Assembly: GCA_041288095.1 (NCBI GenBank)
Contig: JBGGMJ010000092.1
Coordinates: forward strand, 57 to 64,056
Direction of reading: 5' to 3'
DNA length: 64,000 nucleotides
From: Myxococcota bacterium
GTDB lineage: Bacteria; Myxococcota; XYA12-FULL-58-9; JALHOP01
This document shows positions 60,596 through 64,000 of the stretch, in pieces. Under the pieces are notes generated by a model. It was not told the DNA's origin, did not search any database, and worked only from the letters and a program-made list of their open reading frames with translations. The first letter of the stretch is position 1, and each line of letters starts with the position of its first letter. Both the position numbers and the translations under genes were made by a program.

Positions 60596-63522
60596 GGCGC
60601 CGCGTACTGATAGATCGTCAGAGTTGGATTCGCGATGGAGCCGGTGTCCAAGCGGCACCAGTCGGTGACGTTGATCGTCCAGGTCCCGTTCGCGGGCTTG
60701 CCTCCGAAGACGGTGTCGAGCTGCAGCTCACTGGTGCCGGTGCGGTTGTTCATCGGATAGAAGTCGCCGCCGTTCACCGCGACGGTCGCCAACGGTGTTG
60801 CGAGATTTCCCGCGTGCCAGTTGGCGAACCGGAAAACACCGCCTGTGAGGTCTTGCTGATGACCGGCGTTGTTCGACGCGTCGGTTCCCCCGGGTCTGTT
60901 GACGATCGTCGCTTCGGTTGCGTCAGGGTGAACCAGCTTGAGCAGCATGTCGCCCGGCCACGTGTGCGAAAGGCTCACGTCGAGGCGAGCTTGCGCGACC
61001 GTGACAGCCGCGGTGACCGGAATGTCGACGACCAACGCGCTACCCGGGGCCTCGCCGCAGGTGTCGCTCGGGCCGTCCGGTATAACGGACGTACCCGCGA
61101 CGCTGAACTGAGCGCCGCAGTCGACGATGAAGTTGACCGGGCCAGCCGCCGGGGTGGTGCCGCTACCGTTGAGCACGTGGCAGAAGCGTCCATTCGAGTC
61201 GGTGACGATGACGCTGTACGGGCTGTTGGGCAGCGCCGGCGGCAGGCTGAACGCGGTGCCCGTGAGCGATGCCGTCAGCGGCGCGGTGCCGTTACCGAAG
61301 CCGTCCTGCACCACGATACCGGTCGCATCGCCGTAGAGCATGCCCAGCATGTCGTTGCCGTCGGTACAGTTGATGTCGGCGTTGCTGATCGAGCCGGCAC
61401 CGAACACGCCCGAGGGGGCCGTGCACGACTTGCCGCTGGGGTAGGTGACGATGTCGATCGCATAGGCGTCGCCGTCGATAAAGCCTACGCCCGTGGTGTA
61501 CGTCGTCGCAGTGCCGGGTACCGCGAGGTTCTGCATCGGTACGCCATTGCGGCGGATGCGCAACACCATGCCGTCGACGCCGGCCAAGCCGTTGACCGCG
61601 CCGCCCAAGGTGAAGCCACCGTTGACGCAGTCGACGCCGACCACCGCGGCAGCGCCGCCGATGGTGCCGGTGCCGTTGCTCACGGTGCACACGCGCAAGG
61701 GAGTCGGCGGTGTGAGGATGCCGACGGTGTAATCCTCGCCGCTCAAGACGGTCCCGACGAAGGTCGCGACGCCGTCGGCATTGATGTCGAGTGTCTCGCT
61801 TGCGTCCTTCTCGACCACGAGCCCACTGGCTCCGTTCAGGTGCGCATCGACGGTGACTGCATAGCTGTTGACCGTGCAGCTCACGGCGATGTCGTCGATG
61901 AGGCCGCCCATCACCGTACGGGTCGCCGTCGCCGCGTCGCCCGCGAAGACACAGGTCTGCCAAGGCGCTTGCGGTTGATCGAGCACACTGACGGTCGCTA
62001 CCGAACCGCTGAGGATGGGATCCACGAAGAAGTAGTCGAGCGGGGGGACCGCGACCGTCTGCTCCGCCGGACTCGATCCGTCGTTCCACACCAAGCGCAG
62101 CTGCAAGCCGGTGCCCGTAAGCCCACTGACGCTGCCGCCGATCGGGTAGGAGTTGGTGGTGCACGTCACCGCGACGTCGGTGACGCTCGCCGCCGCGATG
62201 GCGCCGGTGCCGTTGGCGACGGCGCAGGTTTGCCAAGGCTCGATTGGTGAGCTCATCGCGCTGATGTCGTACGGGGCGGCGTCCGCGTAGGTCTTGAGGA
62301 AGGCGAAGGAGCCGTTGCCGCTGATATCGACGGTGGCGCCGTTGTCGTCACTCAGCACCAGGCCGCTGCCGACCAGGCCCGTCACCGTACCGCTGACGGT
62401 GTATCCGCCATCGCAGACGACGAGCACGGAGCTGACGTCGTTCGAGACCACTTGGCCGGTGCCGCCGACGACGAGACAAGTCTGCGCGGCGGGCTGGGTG
62501 CCCACCGAGACCTCGTAGTTGTCGCCGGGCGCGATCGGCGCGGCGAAGGCGTGGACACCGTCCGCTTCGACGGAGACCGTCTCGGTACCCGTGGTGCTGT
62601 CGTTCTCGAGCGTGAGGCCGGCGCCGGTGAGACCGACGACCGTCACCGAGAGCAGGTATGCGGGACCGCAATTGACGGCCACCGTGGCGGCGGCGTTGGC
62701 GATGACTCCACTGCCGGAGGTGACGAGGCAGACTTCGGTGGGAGACAACGGGTAGCCCGTCACGCCCACTCCGTAGGCAACGCCGCTCGCGACCTGGGTC
62801 GGGAAGGTGAAGGCGACGTCGGCGCCGGGCGTCACCGACGCCGATACCGGCAGGCTGTCGGCGCCGTTGTGGAGCACCAAGCCGGTGCCATGGAGACCGT
62901 GAACCACGCCATTCACCGCGTAGGTGTTGGTAACGCAGTCGATAGCGACGTTGCTCACGTCGTCATCGGCGATCGTGGCATCGCCGTTGGCGATGGTGCA
63001 GGTCTGCCAAGGGTTCGAAGGCTGCGTCACCACGGTGACGGTGTAGTGCGTGCCGGGTCGTAGCGGCGACGGAAACGAGAACATCCCGTTGGCGGTGATC
63101 GCTTGGTCGTGCGCGCCGTTGTAGGCGATCACGAGGCCGGTGCCGGCGAGCCCGTTTACGGTGCCGGCGAGCGTCGGGTCGTTGCCGCAGTTGACCGCGA
63201 TGCTCGTGACGTTGCCGCGCACCACCGTGCCTTCACCACCGGTGATCACGCAGGTTTGCGTAGCGGGTTGAGTCGCGATGGTCACATCGAACGCCGCGCC
63301 GTTGCGTAAGCGCGTCGGGAAGACGAAGTCGCCGTCCTCGGTCACGGAGAGGGTTTCCTCTCCGTTGTGCAGCACGATAGCGCCGGACAGACCGGTGACC
63401 GTACCGCCGATGCTGAAGACTGCTACGTTGCTGGGAGAAGACGAGTGACACGCCGCCAGCGTCGCGAGTGCGAGCAAGCCAAGCTTCGTCACCCGCGGCA
63501 ACGGGACGCGGGGGGATTCCAT
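60592..63522 (-). CDS. Large lipoprotein with ~9 tandem Ig-like repeats and C-terminal proprotein-convertase P-domain
   Basis: Lipobox LATLAAC. The repeated ~95-aa unit reads ..TV.GL.G.GLVL.N.G....V..NG.F.F......G..Y.V.V..QP.....C.V.NG.G.......V..V.V.C. The C-terminal ..VSLSHTWPGDMLLKLVHPDATEATIVNRPGG..GTWTINVTDW.. is P-domain-like. The start was trimmed to MESPRV. Confidence 0.75.
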   Translation of the reverse strand: MESPRVPLPRVTKLGLLALATLAACHSSSPSNVAVFSIGGTVTGLSGAIVLHNGEETLSVTEDGDFVFPTRLRNGAAFDVTIATQPATQTCVITGGEGTVVRGNVTSIAVNCGNDPTLAGTVNGLAGTGLVIAYNGAHDQAITANGMFSFPSPLRPGTHYTVTVVTQPSNPWQTCTIANGDATIADDDVSNVAIDCVTNTYAVNGVVHGLHGTGLVLHNGADSLPVSASVTPGADVAFTFPTQVASGVAYGVGVTGYPLSPTEVCLVTSGSGVIANAAATVAVNCGPAYLLSVTVVGLTGAGLTLENDSTTGTETVSVEADGVHAFAAPIAPGDNYEVSVGTQPAAQTCLVVGGTGQVVSNDVSSVLVVCDGGYTVSGTVTGLVGSGLVLSDDNGATVDISGNGSFAFLKTYADAAPYDISAMSSPIEPWQTCAVANGTGAIAAASVTDVAVTCTTNSYPIGGSVSGLTGTGLQLRLVWNDGSSPAEQTVAVPPLDYFFVDPILSGSVATVSVLDQPQAPWQTCVFAGDAATATRTVMGGLIDDIAVSCTVNSYAVTVDAHLNGASGLVVEKDASETLDINADGVATFVGTVLSGEDYTVGILTPPTPLRVCTVSNGTGTIGGAAAVVGVDCVNGGFTLGGAVNGLAGVDGMVLRIRRNGVPMQNLAVPGTATTYTTGVGFIDGDAYAIDIVTYPSGKSCTAPSGVFGAGSISNADINCTDGNDMLGMLYGDATGIVVQDGFGNGTAPLTASLTGTAFSLPPALPNSPYSVIVTDSNGRFCHVLNGSGTTPAAGPVNFIVDCGAQFSVAGTSVIPDGPSDTCGEAPGSALVVDIPVTAAVTVAQARLDVSLSHTWPGDMLLKLVHPDATEATIVNRPGGTDASNNAGHQQDLTGGVFRFANWHAGNLATPLATVAVNGGDFYPMNNRTGTSELQLDTVFGGKPANGTWTINVTDWCRLDTGSIANPTLTIYQYAAP

Positions 63523-63581
63523 TGGCCGGGTAAGGTGCCAGCCCCCACGCTGTAAGAGCAAACAATTCACGCGGCGTGGCT

Positions 63582-64000
63582 CTACTTATCGGGGACGAAA
63601 CGCAACGGGTACGTCAGCGTCAGCCCCGCGTTGTAGCGCGGCGGTGGGAAGTGCAGATCGTAGGCGCGCTTGACGACGCAGCCGCTCAACGTGGCGGATC
63701 CTGTCTCGTTGCTCGTCACCACGACGTTGTCGACGCCGCCGCCGGCGTTGACGTCGATGCTCAAGCCCAAGGTGCCCGCGAGGCTCGGCTTCTGCTTGCG
63801 CTCCTTGTCGTAGCAGGCGCGGAAATCCTGGGACGCGCTGCCGAAGGTCGCGTCGATCTGTGCTTGCGACAGCCAGCCGATGAACTTCTCGCCCTGCGGT
63901 GGTGTGAAGCGCATGGGATGGTTGAGCGTCACCGGCTTGCCCTTGTAGGGCTCTGGAAAACGTAGCGAGCGCACCTGAATCGCTGCGCAGGTGTCGAACT
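63582..64000 (-). CDS. C-terminal part of a protein with AgmX/PglI (TonB-C-like) C-terminal domain; 5' end outside the window
   Basis: ..GWLSQAQIDATFGSASQDFRACYDKERKQKPSLAGTLGLSIDVNAGGGVDNVVVTSNETGSATLSGCVVKRAYDLHFPPP..LTLTYPLRF matches the myxobacterial AgmX/PglI C-terminal pattern. The frame stays open upstream to position 64000. Confidence 0.55.
   Translation of the reverse strand, partial: FDTCAAIQVRSLRFPEPYKGKPVTLNHPMRFTPPQGEKFIGWLSQAQIDATFGSASQDFRACYDKERKQKPSLAGTLGLSIDVNAGGGVDNVVVTSNETGSATLSGCVVKRAYDLHFPPPRYNAGLTLTYPLRFVPDK

Noticed and set aside
60814-62250. 478-aa plus-strand ORF and a 314-aa minus alternative frame inside the Ig-repeat lipoprotein gene
   Set aside because: Their composition is R/D/G-rich with no motifs. 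The chosen frame shows a lipobox, regular repeats and a P-domain.

Overview
Visibly very GC-rich window (GC not computed). The gene content fits a myxobacterium (Myxococcota), which is an inference from Pkn-type kinase, DUF4388/ERA-rich protein, AgmX/PglI-type domain and NHL/P-domain lipoproteins. The main feature is a non-flagellar type III secretion (T3SS) locus on the minus strand. Its core runs from about 2.8 to 24.3 kb in the transcription order sctI, sctJ, fliG-like, sctL, sctN, sctO, sctP-like, sctQ, fliO-like, sctR, sctS, sctT. A second module at 35.1-38.0 kb encodes a needle-family protein, a TPR chaperone, a small disordered protein and a FliA-type sigma factor. The core keeps the flagellar gene order fliF-G-H-I-J-K / fliM(N)-O-P-Q-R, but cargo genes sit at the junctions. 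One cargo is an HExxH protein with a translationally coupled small ORF. Another is an annexin-repeat-like protein. A third is a 779-aa protein with a C-terminal RelA/SpoT-synthetase-like domain, coupled to a SpoT/Mesh1-type HD hydrolase (candidate toxin/immunity pair). A GNAT gene and kup are also inserted. No sctU, sctV, sctC or sctD was recognised in the window. The sctI and needle-like genes share an identical-architecture promoter motif (T[A/C]ACAACC-N15-CGATAA, sigma-28-like), and each ends in a rho-independent terminator. An MdtABC/OMF-type RND efflux operon (24.4-33.5 kb) separates the two T3SS modules, and its second permease carries an in-frame TAG. The right half is mostly housekeeping or ordinary genes: Ser/Thr kinase, fmt, def, smpB, priA, HAD, exonuclease, M20 peptidase, a small membrane/lipid-type operon and large secreted repeat proteins. 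No rRNA, tRNA, tmRNA, CRISPR array, transposase or integrase was recognised. All family calls come from reading motifs by eye; no database search was run.
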